From the NCBI GenBank assembly GCA_011523635.1, contig WTGI01000013.1, positions 17,177-81,176 on the forward strand: a stretch of 64,000 bases of DNA, read 5' to 3'. A model generated the notes under the pieces. It made no database searches, was not told the origin of the DNA, and was given only the letters and a program-made list of their open reading frames with translations. Source of the DNA: Acidimicrobiia bacterium (GTDB lineage Bacteria > Actinomycetota > Acidimicrobiia > Spongiisociales > Spongiisociaceae). Shown in pieces: positions 51,215 to 62,828 of this stretch; positions within the stretch are counted from its first letter, which is position 1, and every line of letters begins with the position of its first letter. The position numbers and the translations under genes are program-made.

Positions 51215-52819
51215 ATGGAGGCCCGGCTGTTCGACATGGTGGTGATCGGCGGGGGAGTGATCGGGGCCGCGGTGGCCAGGGATGCGGCGAGCCGGGGCCT
51301 GTCCGTGGCGCTGGTCGAGAAGGACGACTTCGCCGGCGCAACCTCGAGCAGGTCCACCAAGTTGTTGCACGGCGGCATCCGGTACCTCCCCCATTTGCGG
51401 TTGGGGCTGATCCGCCAGGGTCTGCGCGAGCAGGATGTGTGGCGCCGGACGGCCGACTTTCTCTACTCCGACCTGGACTTCGTCATCCCTCTCTTCAGCG
51501 GCCGGCGGATCGTGGACCTCCCACCCTGGCTGACGGCGGGACCGCTGGCTTCCCTCAGCCTCAGAGCGGGGTTGTCGCTGTACGACCGGCTGGGCGGGAG
51601 GCGGGGAGCCGACAGGCATCGAAGGCTGGGGAGGCCGGATCTGGAGAGATCCTTCCCCAAGCTGCGCGCCGAGTCGCTGGTGGAGGGGTTCTCCTACCGG
51701 GATGCTCTGACCGATGACTCCCGGCTGACCGTTGCGTTCCTGAAGACGGCGGTAGCGCGCCACGGGGCAGTGGCGATCTCCCGGATGTCCGCCCGCTCGA
51801 TCGATATGGCCGGCGGCGAACTCAGGGTCGGGCTGACGGACAACGGCCCTGAGGGAGATGGCCGACCGGTGGTGGTCCGGGCCAGGACCGTGGTGTCGGC
51901 CACCTGGGCGTTCGATCCTCCTCCTCTGGACGGGCGACTTCCGGACGTGCCCAGTCGTCTGTCGAAGGGGGTCCACCTGGTCTACCGGGCGGGAGACCTC
52001 GGCGTCGGGGACAAGGCCCTGGTGCTCCCCGAGACCGATGACGGGCGCCTCCTGTTCGTGGTCCCTTGGCGAGGGTTGGCCCTGCTCGGAACCACGGACA
52101 CGCCCTACGAGGATGACCCGGACCGGGTCCGCCCCGATGAGGACGACATCGAGTACTTGGAGCGGCATCTGGTCCGCTATCTGGAACACTCCGCTTCTCC
52201 ACTGGCGGCCTTCGCGGGCCTCCGCACCCTGGCGGGGGGCCGGGGGCGCGTCTCCGCCGCATCGAGGGAGCACCGGATCGTAGAGCGGTCGCCAGGGGTG
52301 TTTGCCGTCGTCGGGGGCAAGCTGAGTTCGGCCCGGGTGATCGGGGCCGAGGCGGTTGACCGCGCCTGCGCCCGCCTGCGGATCGACCGGCGATCCCGGA
52401 CCGCCGAAGAGCCGCTCGTCGGTTCGGGTGTGGATGCCAACCTCCGGGAACGGCTCCGGACCGGTCTGGCGCGCATCCAGGTCCCGGAGGACTACGCCGA
52501 CGACCTGATCGGGCGTTACGGGACGGAAGCCGCCGCAGTGCTCCGGATCCTGGAGCAGCGGCCGGCCTGGCGCGGGCTGATGACCCCGGCTCGGGTCTCG
52601 GCCGCAGAGGTCGCCTACACGGCCCTCCACGAATCGGTGGTGTCGATCGGTGACTTCGCGCTGCGACGATCCAGACTCGCCTGGAGCAGCCCGGGTCATG
52701 GTCGCCCGCATGCGCGGCGGATGGCTTCGGCGTTGTCGTCGGTGCTGGACTGGTCCTCCCTGCGGGCCACGAGGGAGATGGACGACTACGTCCGCGAGCT
52801 GTCCGCTCTCGGACTCTGA
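51215..52819 (+). CDS. glpD: FAD-dependent glycerol-3-phosphate dehydrogenase
   Basis: ATG 51215 (MEARLFDMVVIGGGVIGAAVARDAASRG) dinucleotide-binding motif. The track ORF 50918.. has an unsupported N-terminal extension. Confidence 0.8.
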   Translation: MEARLFDMVVIGGGVIGAAVARDAASRGLSVALVEKDDFAGATSSRSTKLLHGGIRYLPHLRLGLIRQGLREQDVWRRTADFLYSDLDFVIPLFSGRRIVDLPPWLTAGPLASLSLRAGLSLYDRLGGRRGADRHRRLGRPDLERSFPKLRAESLVEGFSYRDALTDDSRLTVAFLKTAVARHGAVAISRMSARSIDMAGGELRVGLTDNGPEGDGRPVVVRARTVVSATWAFDPPPLDGRLPDVPSRLSKGVHLVYRAGDLGVGDKALVLPETDDGRLLFVVPWRGLALLGTTDTPYEDDPDRVRPDEDDIEYLERHLVRYLEHSASPLAAFAGLRTLAGGRGRVSAASREHRIVERSPGVFAVVGGKLSSARVIGAEAVDRACARLRIDRRSRTAEEPLVGSGVDANLRERLRTGLARIQVPEDYADDLIGRYGTEAAAVLRILEQRPAWRGLMTPARVSAAEVAYTALHESVVSIGDFALRRSRLAWSSPGHGRPHARRMASALSSVLDWSSLRATREMDDYVRELSALGL

Positions 52820-52949
52820 AGGTCACCCTCCGGGGGCGCCACCTGTTCTCGACACCTGTCCGGCTCTGCGGAAAGAAACCCGCGATTACCAGTGGGATGA
52901 GCGCTCGGCCCGATAAGGTGGGGCCAGCGACCGCAGGAGGTGAGGTTCG

Positions 52950-53825
52950 GTGTATCCATCCGCGTTCGACTACTCGGCGCCCGGCAGTCTTGAGGAGGCC
53001 CTGGCTACCCTGGCTGAATTGGGTGACGAGGGCCGGATTCTCGCCGGAGGCCAGAGCCTCATCCCCATGATGAAGCTCCGGCTGGCGGCGCCGGGCCACC
53101 TCGTGGACATCAACCGCGTCAGCGAGCTGGCACACATAAGCGAGTCCAACGGCCACCTGGCGGTGGGGGCGCTGGCCCGTCACGCCGACGTGGCCTCATC
53201 GGAGACGGTGAGCCGCTACAACCACACGGTGGCCTCCGCGGCGCCTTGGGTGTCCGATCCGCTGGTGCGGAACCGGGGAACCCTGTGCGGCTCGGTGGCC
53301 CACTGCGACCCCGAGGGCGACTGGAACTCGGTCATGCTGGCGGTGGGCGCCTCGGTGGTGGCCCGCTCGTCGTCGGGGGAGCGGGTGATCCCGATCACCG
53401 AATTCGTGGTCGACTTCTTCACCAACTCCCTCAATCCCGGCGAGATGGTCACGGAAGTGCGGATCCCGGCGTACCGGGGTCCGGCCGGGGGCGCGTACCT
53501 CAAGCTGGAGCGCAAGGTCGGCGACTACGCCACTGTGGGGGTGGCCACCCATCTCGTGCTCGACGGTTCGGGGAACGTGGCGGAGGCGGGCCTGGGCCTG
53601 ACCGCCGTTTACGGCCACAACCTGAAGGTCACGGAGGCGGAGGAGATGATGGCCGGGCAGACCCCCGGACCGGAAATGTTCGCCGAGGCGGCGGCCATCG
53701 CGGCCCGCGCCTGCGATCCCGATGACAACGTTCGGGGTCCGGCCGAGTACAAGCGGGCCGTGGTAGCCGAGTACACCAGGCGCGGGTTCGCCCAGGCGCT
53801 GGCCCAGGCAGGAGGGGAGGGCTGA
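52950..53825 (+). CDS. coxM: Carbon monoxide dehydrogenase medium (FAD-binding) subunit
   Basis: FAD_binding_5/CO_deh_flav_C domains (ILAGGQSLIPMMKLRL). Confidence 0.85.
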   Translation: MYPSAFDYSAPGSLEEALATLAELGDEGRILAGGQSLIPMMKLRLAAPGHLVDINRVSELAHISESNGHLAVGALARHADVASSETVSRYNHTVASAAPWVSDPLVRNRGTLCGSVAHCDPEGDWNSVMLAVGASVVARSSSGERVIPITEFVVDFFTNSLNPGEMVTEVRIPAYRGPAGGAYLKLERKVGDYATVGVATHLVLDGSGNVAEAGLGLTAVYGHNLKVTEAEEMMAGQTPGPEMFAEAAAIAARACDPDDNVRGPAEYKRAVVAEYTRRGFAQALAQAGGEG

Positions 53826-54286
53826 TGCAGATCACCGTCAACGTAAACGGCGCCAGCGAGACCCGGGATGTAGAACCCCGGCGCCTGCTGGTCGACTTCA
53901 TCCGCTCGGACGCGGGCCTTACCGGGACCCACATCGGCTGCGACACCTCCTCCTGCGGTGCTTGCACCGTCCTCCTGGACGGCCGGCCGGTCAAGTCTTG
54001 CACGGTGCTGGCGGTCCAGGCCGACGGCGGCGAGGTGAAGACCGTAGAGGGCCTGGCCGAGGGTGGCGAGCTCCATCCGGTCCAGGCCGCTTTCAAGGAG
54101 CACCACGGCCTGCAGTGCGGCTTCTGCACACCGGGAATGATGCTGGTGGGCAGCGCTTTGCTGGAAGAGAATCCGAATCCGACCGACGAGGAGGTCCGCT
54201 GGGCCATATCCGGCAACATCTGCCGCTGCACCGGCTACATGAACATCGTGACTGCCATCCAGGCCGCAGGCGGAGAGGGGAGCTGA
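53825..54286 (+). CDS. coxS: Carbon monoxide dehydrogenase small [2Fe-2S] subunit
   Basis: Two 2Fe-2S motifs (CDTSSCGACTV, CGFCTPGMM...CRCTGY). Confidence 0.9.
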   Translation: MQITVNVNGASETRDVEPRRLLVDFIRSDAGLTGTHIGCDTSSCGACTVLLDGRPVKSCTVLAVQADGGEVKTVEGLAEGGELHPVQAAFKEHHGLQCGFCTPGMMLVGSALLEENPNPTDEEVRWAISGNICRCTGYMNIVTAIQAAGGEGS

Positions 54287-54287
54287 C

Positions 54288-56660
<2,373 letters not shown>

Positions 56661-56707
56661 GAGGGTCAACCCGGTCCCGTCTTCTTTAGCACCGTCCTAA
56701 GGATGCG

Positions 56708-57595
56708 ATGAGCATCCTCCGGCAGGCAGCCCGGCTGCACGAGGAGGGACGGGCGTTCGCGCTGGCCACCGTCACGTGGTCGCGCGGGCCGTCGTCGGGC
56801 AAGGGCGGTTCCAAGGCGATAATCCACCCGGACGGCCGGGTGGAGGGTTGGCTGGGAGGCGCCTGCGCCTCCCCGACAGTGGTTCGCCACGCCCTGGAGG
56901 CGCTGGGGGATGGCGAGGCGCGGGTGCTGATGCTGGGCGAGGGCGACCGTAGGCCCGGCGTGACGGACGTGGCTATGGCCTGTGACAGCGAAGGAGCGAT
57001 GGAGGTGTTCGTGGAACCGGTCCTCCCCTCTCCTCACCTGATCGTTGTCGGATCGTCCCCGATGACCGGGACCCTGCGGCGGATAGCCGAAGTGGTCGGG
57101 TGGCGGGCGGAGGTCGTCACCGAGGTGGGGGATGTCGGCCGGGCCGGCGAGCGGTCCTACGTAGTCGTCGCTACCCAGGGCCACTTCGACGAGCCCGCCC
57201 TGGAAGCCGCTCTCGCTACGCCTGCCTCCTACGTGGGCCTGGTGGCCTCCCAGAAGAGGGCCTCGTCGGTACTCGCCTGGCTCAGGGAGCGGGGAGCGGG
57301 AGAAGGTGCCCTGGCCAGAGTGCATGCTCCGGCCGGCGTCGATCTGGGGTCGACCACCCACGAGGAGATGGCCGTGTCGATCATGGCCGAGCTGGTCGCC
57401 TTCAAGGCAGCCGGGGCCGGCGCGCAAGGGGTCTGGGTGGTGATACCGGCCCAGGCGGTCGATCCGGTGTGCGGGATGCTGGTGGACGTGGCGACGGCCG
57501 GCTTCGTCAGCCACCACGCCGGAGAAGAGGTCTACTTCTGCGCCGCCGGCTGCCGCCGCGCCTACGAGGCCGATCCCTCCGCATACACCGGTTAG
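56708..57595 (+). CDS. XdhC/CoxF-family maturation protein fused to a C-terminal YHS (TRASH-like) metal-binding domain
   Basis: XdhC_CoxI N-terminal region, an XdhC Rossmann-like domain, and a C-terminal DPVCGMLVD...HHAGEEVYFCAAGCRRAYEADP YHS motif. Confidence 0.75.
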   Translation: MSILRQAARLHEEGRAFALATVTWSRGPSSGKGGSKAIIHPDGRVEGWLGGACASPTVVRHALEALGDGEARVLMLGEGDRRPGVTDVAMACDSEGAMEVFVEPVLPSPHLIVVGSSPMTGTLRRIAEVVGWRAEVVTEVGDVGRAGERSYVVVATQGHFDEPALEAALATPASYVGLVASQKRASSVLAWLRERGAGEGALARVHAPAGVDLGSTTHEEMAVSIMAELVAFKAAGAGAQGVWVVIPAQAVDPVCGMLVDVATAGFVSHHAGEEVYFCAAGCRRAYEADPSAYTG

Positions 57596-57683
57596 CGCTG
57601 GTCCCGATGTATCCTCCTCCCTGGTGAGTCAATCGCTCGGGCCAAGTGACAGCTAACCGGCGAGTCGGGGAAGGGGGAATGCG

Positions 57684-58220
57684 GTGAAGATGCGCCAGGT
57701 CATCGTTGGCGGTCTAGGACTGCTCGTTCTGGTGGGGATGGCGGCATGCCAGGGAGAGACGTCCTCCGCGGTGGGACAGGAGGCTGTTGCTTCGATGTCG
57801 GGCACCGACGGTGGCGCACTAGGCACCGTCGTCCTCACGGAAGGACCAAACGGTGTCCTGATCTCGGCTGACGTGGCGGGGCTTTCCCCCGGAGCGCACG
57901 GATTCCACATCCATGAGGTGGGGGCTTGCACGCCCGATTTCTCAGCGGCGGGCGGGCACTTTGCTCCCGGCGGGGAAGGTCATGGCTTCCAGCACGAGGA
58001 CGGGTCCCACGCCGGAGACCTGCCGAACCTCTACGCGGGTGCGGACGGAGTTGCGCGGGCCGACGTCTTCACGAACAAGATCACGCTGGCGGCCGATGCT
58101 GACACGTCGATCTTCGATGCGGACGGCTCCGCCATCATCATCCACGCCAGACCCGACAGCTACGGCCCCGACCCCGGCGCGGGCGACCGCGTCGCCTGCG
58201 GCATCATCAAGCGCACATAG
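57684..58220 (+). CDS. sodC: Cu/Zn superoxide dismutase, lipoprotein
   Basis: Lipobox LVGMAAC; GFHIHEVGAC and GGHFAPGG motifs; metal-ligand histidines. Confidence 0.88.
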   Translation: MKMRQVIVGGLGLLVLVGMAACQGETSSAVGQEAVASMSGTDGGALGTVVLTEGPNGVLISADVAGLSPGAHGFHIHEVGACTPDFSAAGGHFAPGGEGHGFQHEDGSHAGDLPNLYAGADGVARADVFTNKITLAADADTSIFDADGSAIIIHARPDSYGPDPGAGDRVACGIIKRT

Positions 58221-58244
58221 TCCGCCGGTCCCGACGCCGGGCGG

Positions 58245-58742
58245 TCAGTCGTAATCGAAGACCTCTCCGGCCAGCACTTGTTCCAGGGAAGCCTGCGGGT
58301 AATGGCCCTCGGGCCAGTCGGCCAACTGGATGAGGGTGCCGTGGGCGCTCGATGGATGGATGAAGCACTCGCTCCAGCCGCCCGGATTGGTGTGCAAGCC
58401 GACCACGTCCATCCCGGCTTCCTCCGCTCTCCGGGCTGCCTCGGCCACCGACGACACCTTGAAGGTGAGATGGTGCATCCCCTCCCCTCGCGATCGCAGG
58501 AAGCGCCATAGGAAGCAATCATCGGTCACAGGCGCCAATACCTCGATCTTCGTACCGCCCGGCAGCCGGTATTGGATCCACCGGAATCCCCGCCGCTGGT
58601 TGTCTGCCCCCGTGAGGAAGGTACCGCCGAGCAACTCCAGCGACTCGGCCGCCGCGGCCGCGTCACGGACCCCGATGGCAACGTGGTCGAAGTACTCGAT
58701 CAGATCGCTGAGCGGTTCGAGGTTGTCGGGATGATCAGGCAT
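58245..58742 (-). CDS. VOC/glyoxalase family protein
   Basis: Start at MPDHPDN. FDHVAIGVRD...MHHLTFKV VOC motifs. Confidence 0.7.
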   Translation of the reverse strand: MPDHPDNLEPLSDLIEYFDHVAIGVRDAAAAAESLELLGGTFLTGADNQRRGFRWIQYRLPGGTKIEVLAPVTDDCFLWRFLRSRGEGMHHLTFKVSSVAEAARRAEEAGMDVVGLHTNPGGWSECFIHPSSAHGTLIQLADWPEGHYPQASLEQVLAGEVFDYD

Positions 58743-58849
58743 GGTCGCCGCCTCCGGTATGGCGCGAGAATCCGGCGCCCACATCGGCGGGCGCCGGATC
58801 TCTCAGTCGATGGGTCAGGTCGCATGCCGCGACCGGACCCCGAGTCCGT

Positions 58850-59698
58850 CTAGTTACAGGCGGGGAGACCTTCGGTCGGACCGATGTGCCGCTCGTAGAC
58901 CTCGTCGAGCGTGCCTCTCGAGATGTAGTAGGCCAGCCAGCCGTTCAGGTATTCGAGCCACACGACCTCACCGCGGGGAAGAGCCCATGCTCCGTACTCC
59001 TCCGCGACGAACGGCGCGTTGGGATTCAGCACGCTGGTGCTCGGGTTCTCCGCGACGAACGGGAGGGCGAGGTACTCCTCGATGACGATCGCGTCGGCCC
59101 TGCCCGAGGCAACTTCGAGCAACGCGGGCGCCTGATCGAGCTCCACGAGTTCCGCGTTCGGGAACCGGGTCTCGGTGAGGCTGGCCGCGGTGGAGCCGAT
59201 CAGGGCGGTCATGGTCACGCCACTGCTGTTCAATTCGCTGATGTCGTTGATTCCCGAGTCGTTGTTCACCACGACCACCTGGCGGTAGGGAACGTATGGA
59301 CATGTGAACCAGAGCTGCTCGAGACGAGCCGGACGACCGACGAGACCTACCGACACCATGTCGAACTGGTTGGCGATCAGGCCCGGGATCATCGCGTCGA
59401 ACTCGAGGTTGGAAATCTCGAGCGTCACGCCGAGATCCTCGGCGAGCATGTTCATCAGGTCCACGTCGTATCCGGCGGGGTTCCCTGCGTCATCGATGTA
59501 CATCTGCGGCGGGAACTGGAGGACCATACCGACGTGGAGGGTCCCACGGTCCTTGATCTGGTCGAGGAGGTTGCCTTCCACCGCGGCCTGCGCCGCAGCC
59601 GTCGGTCCGCCATCGCCGCCCTCGTCCTCGCTCGCGCAGGCGCCCGCGAGCATTACTAGCGCGAGTACCGGGACTAGCCACTTCATGCGGCTCTTCAT
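58850..59698 (-). CDS. Polar amino-acid ABC transporter substrate-binding lipoprotein (family 3 SBP)
   Basis: Start at MKSRMKWLVPVLALVMLAGAC (lipobox), then an SBP_bac_3 fold. Confidence 0.8.
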   Translation of the reverse strand: MKSRMKWLVPVLALVMLAGACASEDEGGDGGPTAAAQAAVEGNLLDQIKDRGTLHVGMVLQFPPQMYIDDAGNPAGYDVDLMNMLAEDLGVTLEISNLEFDAMIPGLIANQFDMVSVGLVGRPARLEQLWFTCPYVPYRQVVVVNNDSGINDISELNSSGVTMTALIGSTAASLTETRFPNAELVELDQAPALLEVASGRADAIVIEEYLALPFVAENPSTSVLNPNAPFVAEEYGAWALPRGEVVWLEYLNGWLAYYISRGTLDEVYERHIGPTEGLPACN

Positions 59699-59823
59699 AC
59701 TGTGTCTCCTTCCAGGGATTTCGACGTGCTTCCATGCGAGTGACCGGCCAACCGTGAGACAGGCCAAGATCATCCATCATCTGTGAGTTGTGATGTCCGA
59801 GCTGTGACGTCGAACGAGCCATC

Positions 59824-60639
59824 CTACATTGCCGTAGCCGTCCCGGACGATTTGGATTCACGTTCGGATGCGACAGCCTCCTGGATCATCCTCAGACGTA
59901 TCCCCCTGCGTCGGGCGAAGGGCGACCTCACTCTGGTGGTGAGGACGTCGACCAGGGCAAACCGCTTCTCGAGGTACTTCACGCCGAAATACGCCGCGGT
60001 GGTGAGGATGAGGTAGAAGATGACCGCGCCGAGATACACCTCGAAGTAGCGGAATGTCCTGTTGGCCATCACGCTGCTCACCCGGAAAAGCTCGGGTACA
60101 CCGATTATGAAGACCAGGGACGAGTCCTTGATCATGCCGATGAACATGTTGCCCGTGGGAGGGATGACGATGCGGATGGCCTGCGGCAGCACCACCCGGA
60201 AGAAGGTCTGGGGACGACTCATACCCACCGACAGGGCCGCCTGGGTCTGCCCGTCGGAGACCGCCTGGATGCCGCCGCGGAAGATCTCGCCGAGCCAGGC
60301 GGAGTACTGAAGGGTGAGAACGAGTATCCCGGCCTGGATGGCGGAGATCCTGATATCAAACTGGATCGCTATCCCGTAGTACACGAAGACGACGAACACC
60401 AGCAGAGGGATAGCCCGGAAGATGTTGATGTAGGCGGCCATGATCGGGGCGACAATCCGATTCTTCGACATGCGCAGGAGAGCAACCCCCAGGCCGAATA
60501 CCGTCGCCAGCGCGAAGGCCACGATGGCGATGAACACGGTCAGCCTTACTCCGCCGAGGAAGACGTCCCGGTTCTCCCAGATGAACTCAGGCCTGAAACG
60601 GGCCTGGGCGAGCACCGGGATCACCAGGAAGGAATTCAT
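59824..60639 (-). CDS. Polar amino-acid ABC transporter permease
   Basis: HisM/GlnP-type permease with an EAA-like region ([20 protein letters not shown]). Confidence 0.8.
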   Translation of the reverse strand: MNSFLVIPVLAQARFRPEFIWENRDVFLGGVRLTVFIAIVAFALATVFGLGVALLRMSKNRIVAPIMAAYINIFRAIPLLVFVVFVYYGIAIQFDIRISAIQAGILVLTLQYSAWLGEIFRGGIQAVSDGQTQAALSVGMSRPQTFFRVVLPQAIRIVIPPTGNMFIGMIKDSSLVFIIGVPELFRVSSVMANRTFRYFEVYLGAVIFYLILTTAAYFGVKYLEKRFALVDVLTTRVRSPFARRRGIRLRMIQEAVASERESKSSGTATAM

Positions 60640-61403
60640 AGGATTGCCTGCAGGAACGCCCGGGTGCGGGGCTCCCGGGCGTGGTCGTACAACTCCCGCC
60701 CCCCGGTCTCCACCACCAGGCCCTCGTCCATGAATATGTTCAGGTCGCCGGCTTCCCTGGCGAACCCCATCTCGTGGGTGACCACCACCATCGTCATACC
60801 CGACTCAGCCAAGTCACGCATGACGGTCAGTACCTCGCCGACCAATTCCGGATCGAGCGCCGAGGTGGGTTCGTCGAACAGCATCACCTTGGGTTCCATG
60901 ACCAGGGAGCGGGCGATCGCCACCCGCTGTTGCTGGCCGCCCGACAGCTGCGACGGGAAAGCGCCCAGCTTGTCGAGCAGGCCCACCCGGTCGAGGTAGG
61001 TGGCGGCCTTGTGCTCGGCCTTGTCACGCTTCATCCCCCGCACCCGCCGGAGGGCCAGAGCCACGTTGTCGAGGGCGGTGACGTGGGGGAACAGGTTGAA
61101 CTGCTGGAACACCATGCCGATCTGCTGGCGGAGGAGCCGTGCCTTGCCACGGGGTAGGCCCTCTCCTTCGATGCCGGGGCCGTATTCCTTGCCGTCGAAC
61201 CAGACCGAACCGGAGTCCGGGGTCTCGAGGAGGTTGGTGGTTCTGAGCAGGGTTGACTTGCCGGATCCGGAGGGCCCGAAGATGACCACGTGCTGGCCCT
61301 GCCCCACCGTCAGGTCGATGCCCCGCAGGACATGGTTGGTATCGAACGACTTGTGGATGTTGCGTAGCCGGACGACCGGCTGGGCGTCCCCGGTCTGGCT
61401 CAT
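60636..61403 (-). CDS. Polar amino-acid ABC transporter ATP-binding protein
   Basis: Walker [13 protein letters not shown], signature [13 protein letters not shown], Walker [13 protein letters not shown]. Confidence 0.88.
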   Translation of the reverse strand: MSQTGDAQPVVRLRNIHKSFDTNHVLRGIDLTVGQGQHVVIFGPSGSGKSTLLRTTNLLETPDSGSVWFDGKEYGPGIEGEGLPRGKARLLRQQIGMVFQQFNLFPHVTALDNVALALRRVRGMKRDKAEHKAATYLDRVGLLDKLGAFPSQLSGGQQQRVAIARSLVMEPKVMLFDEPTSALDPELVGEVLTVMRDLAESGMTMVVVTHEMGFAREAGDLNIFMDEGLVVETGGRELYDHAREPRTRAFLQAIL

Positions 61404-61408
61404 CTCCG

Positions 61409-61666
61409 CTACGTGTCCATCGGGGTCCCGCGCACCTCAGCTTGGTGCCCGTGGCGGTTCAGCAGGTTCACGAGCGCGTCCTCGGCGAACCTGAGTCCGT
61501 CATGCATGCCGAGCCGGTAGGCGCTCCGGCCCTTGGCGTCGTTGTAGTCCAGTTCTTGCCGGACCCGCTCGATGAGATGGAGGATCCCCTGTTCCGGGCT
61601 CTCACCGGGTTCGGAGACACGGGCCCTCTGGTCGGCTTGCAGCGAGTTACCGGGAGGATGTGACAT
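61409..61666 (-). CDS. Hypothetical small protein co-transcribed with the ABC transporter
   Basis: 85 aa; 4-nt gap to the ATPase gene. No domain recognised. Confidence 0.4.
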   Translation of the reverse strand: MSHPPGNSLQADQRARVSEPGESPEQGILHLIERVRQELDYNDAKGRSAYRLGMHDGLRFAEDALVNLLNRHGHQAEVRGTPMDT

Positions 61667-61688
61667 GCGCCCTGGATCCCGGAGCTAC

Positions 61689-61967
61689 TCAGGACACGCC
61701 GGCGGTGGCGGCGCGATACGCCTTGGTAACGGCGTCCAGTCCTTCGGGGTCGAAGCCCGTGACCGTCCGGTCCTCGAAGATCAGGTAGGGCACGACGAGG
61801 TCTCCGGTCAGAGCGAGCAACTCCCGGCGAGCCTCCTCGCTCTGGCGGATGTTGCGGTCGTCGAACTCGACGGAGTTGGCCTCCAGGTAGTCCCGCACCC
61901 GGCAGCACTCCTGTCAGGTCGGGGTTCGTGCGTCGGTATTGAGGGTGTAGAGGACGGGGTGCTCCAT
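61689..61967 (-). CDS. Glutaredoxin-like protein (YruB/NrdH-like) with in-frame TGA at the active site; candidate selenoprotein (UxxC), alternatively a pseudogene
   Basis: Minus-strand read: ATG(61967)-MEHPVLYTLNTDARTPT-TGA(61916..61914)-QECCR-VRDYLEANSVEFDDRNI...GFDPEGLDAVTKAY. It aligns to Grx-like TPTCPYCK...VEF...VGFD, with TGA in place of the first Cys of CPYC. The track splits it into 61914..62495 and 61689..61898. Confidence 0.55.
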
Positions 61968-62064
61968 AGGGGTCACTATAGAACGGCAGCCTCGCCGCCG
62001 CGCGGCCGAGGGGCATCGGGTCGGCCTGTAGGATGCCCACCGTGCATTTCGTGGAGGAGCGGGT

Positions 62065-62793
62065 ATGGCGGTGGCACTGGTTACCGGCGCCGGGTCGGGG
62101 ATAGGCGCCGCAGTCGCCCGATGCCTGGCGCGCCGGGGTGATCGGGTGGCGTGTGTGGACGTGGACGGAGACCGCGCTGCGGTAGTGGCTGGTGGAATCG
62201 AGGGATCGATCGCTCTGGCAGCGGACGTCACCGACGAGGCCCAGTGCGAGAATATGGTGGCCACCACACTCGACCGTTTCGGGGACCTGGACACGGCTGT
62301 GGCCTGCGCCGGGATCGAGATGGCCGGGGACTCCCTCGACTTCGACATCGACACCTTCCGCAGGGTGGTGGATGTCAACCTAACCGGCAGCTTCCTGACC
62401 GCCCGTGAGTCGGCACGCGCCATGACCGCGCAGGGACACGGCGGGGCGATAGTCCTGATCGGTTCGATCAACTCCAAGGTGGTCCTTCCCGGCACCGCCG
62501 CCTACGCCTCGTCCAAGGGTGGAGTGCTGCTTCTCGGCCAGGCGCTGGCGGTGGACTTCGCCCGCCGCGGGATCAGGGTCAATACGGTGGGTCCGGGCGT
62601 TACCGACACGCCGATGAGTGCCGATAGCCTCGCCAACCCGGAGCGGCGCGCCAGGCTCATGTCTCGCACGCCATTGGACCGCCCGGCCCATCCGGATGAG
62701 ATTGCCGAAGTGGTTGCCTTCCTGACGTCCGGCGCGTCCAGCTTCATGACAGGTGCCTTCGTCCCGGTCGACGGGGGCTGGCTGGCCTTGTAG
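62065..62793 (+). CDS. SDR family oxidoreductase (3-oxoacyl-ACP reductase-like)
   Basis: VTGAGSGIGAAVA motif; catalytic YASSK region. Confidence 0.8.
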   Translation: MAVALVTGAGSGIGAAVARCLARRGDRVACVDVDGDRAAVVAGGIEGSIALAADVTDEAQCENMVATTLDRFGDLDTAVACAGIEMAGDSLDFDIDTFRRVVDVNLTGSFLTARESARAMTAQGHGGAIVLIGSINSKVVLPGTAAYASSKGGVLLLGQALAVDFARRGIRVNTVGPGVTDTPMSADSLANPERRARLMSRTPLDRPAHPDEIAEVVAFLTSGASSFMTGAFVPVDGGWLAL

Positions 62794-62828
62794 GCGCCGG
62801 TTGCCCTAACCACTAGGCCGCCGGCCGG

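Noticed and set aside
58222-58245. Imperfect hairpin CCGCCGG…CCGGGCGG between convergent sodC and the VOC gene
   Set aside because: It is a plausible bidirectional terminator, but the stem is bulged and short and there is no U-run, so I left it out of the feature table.
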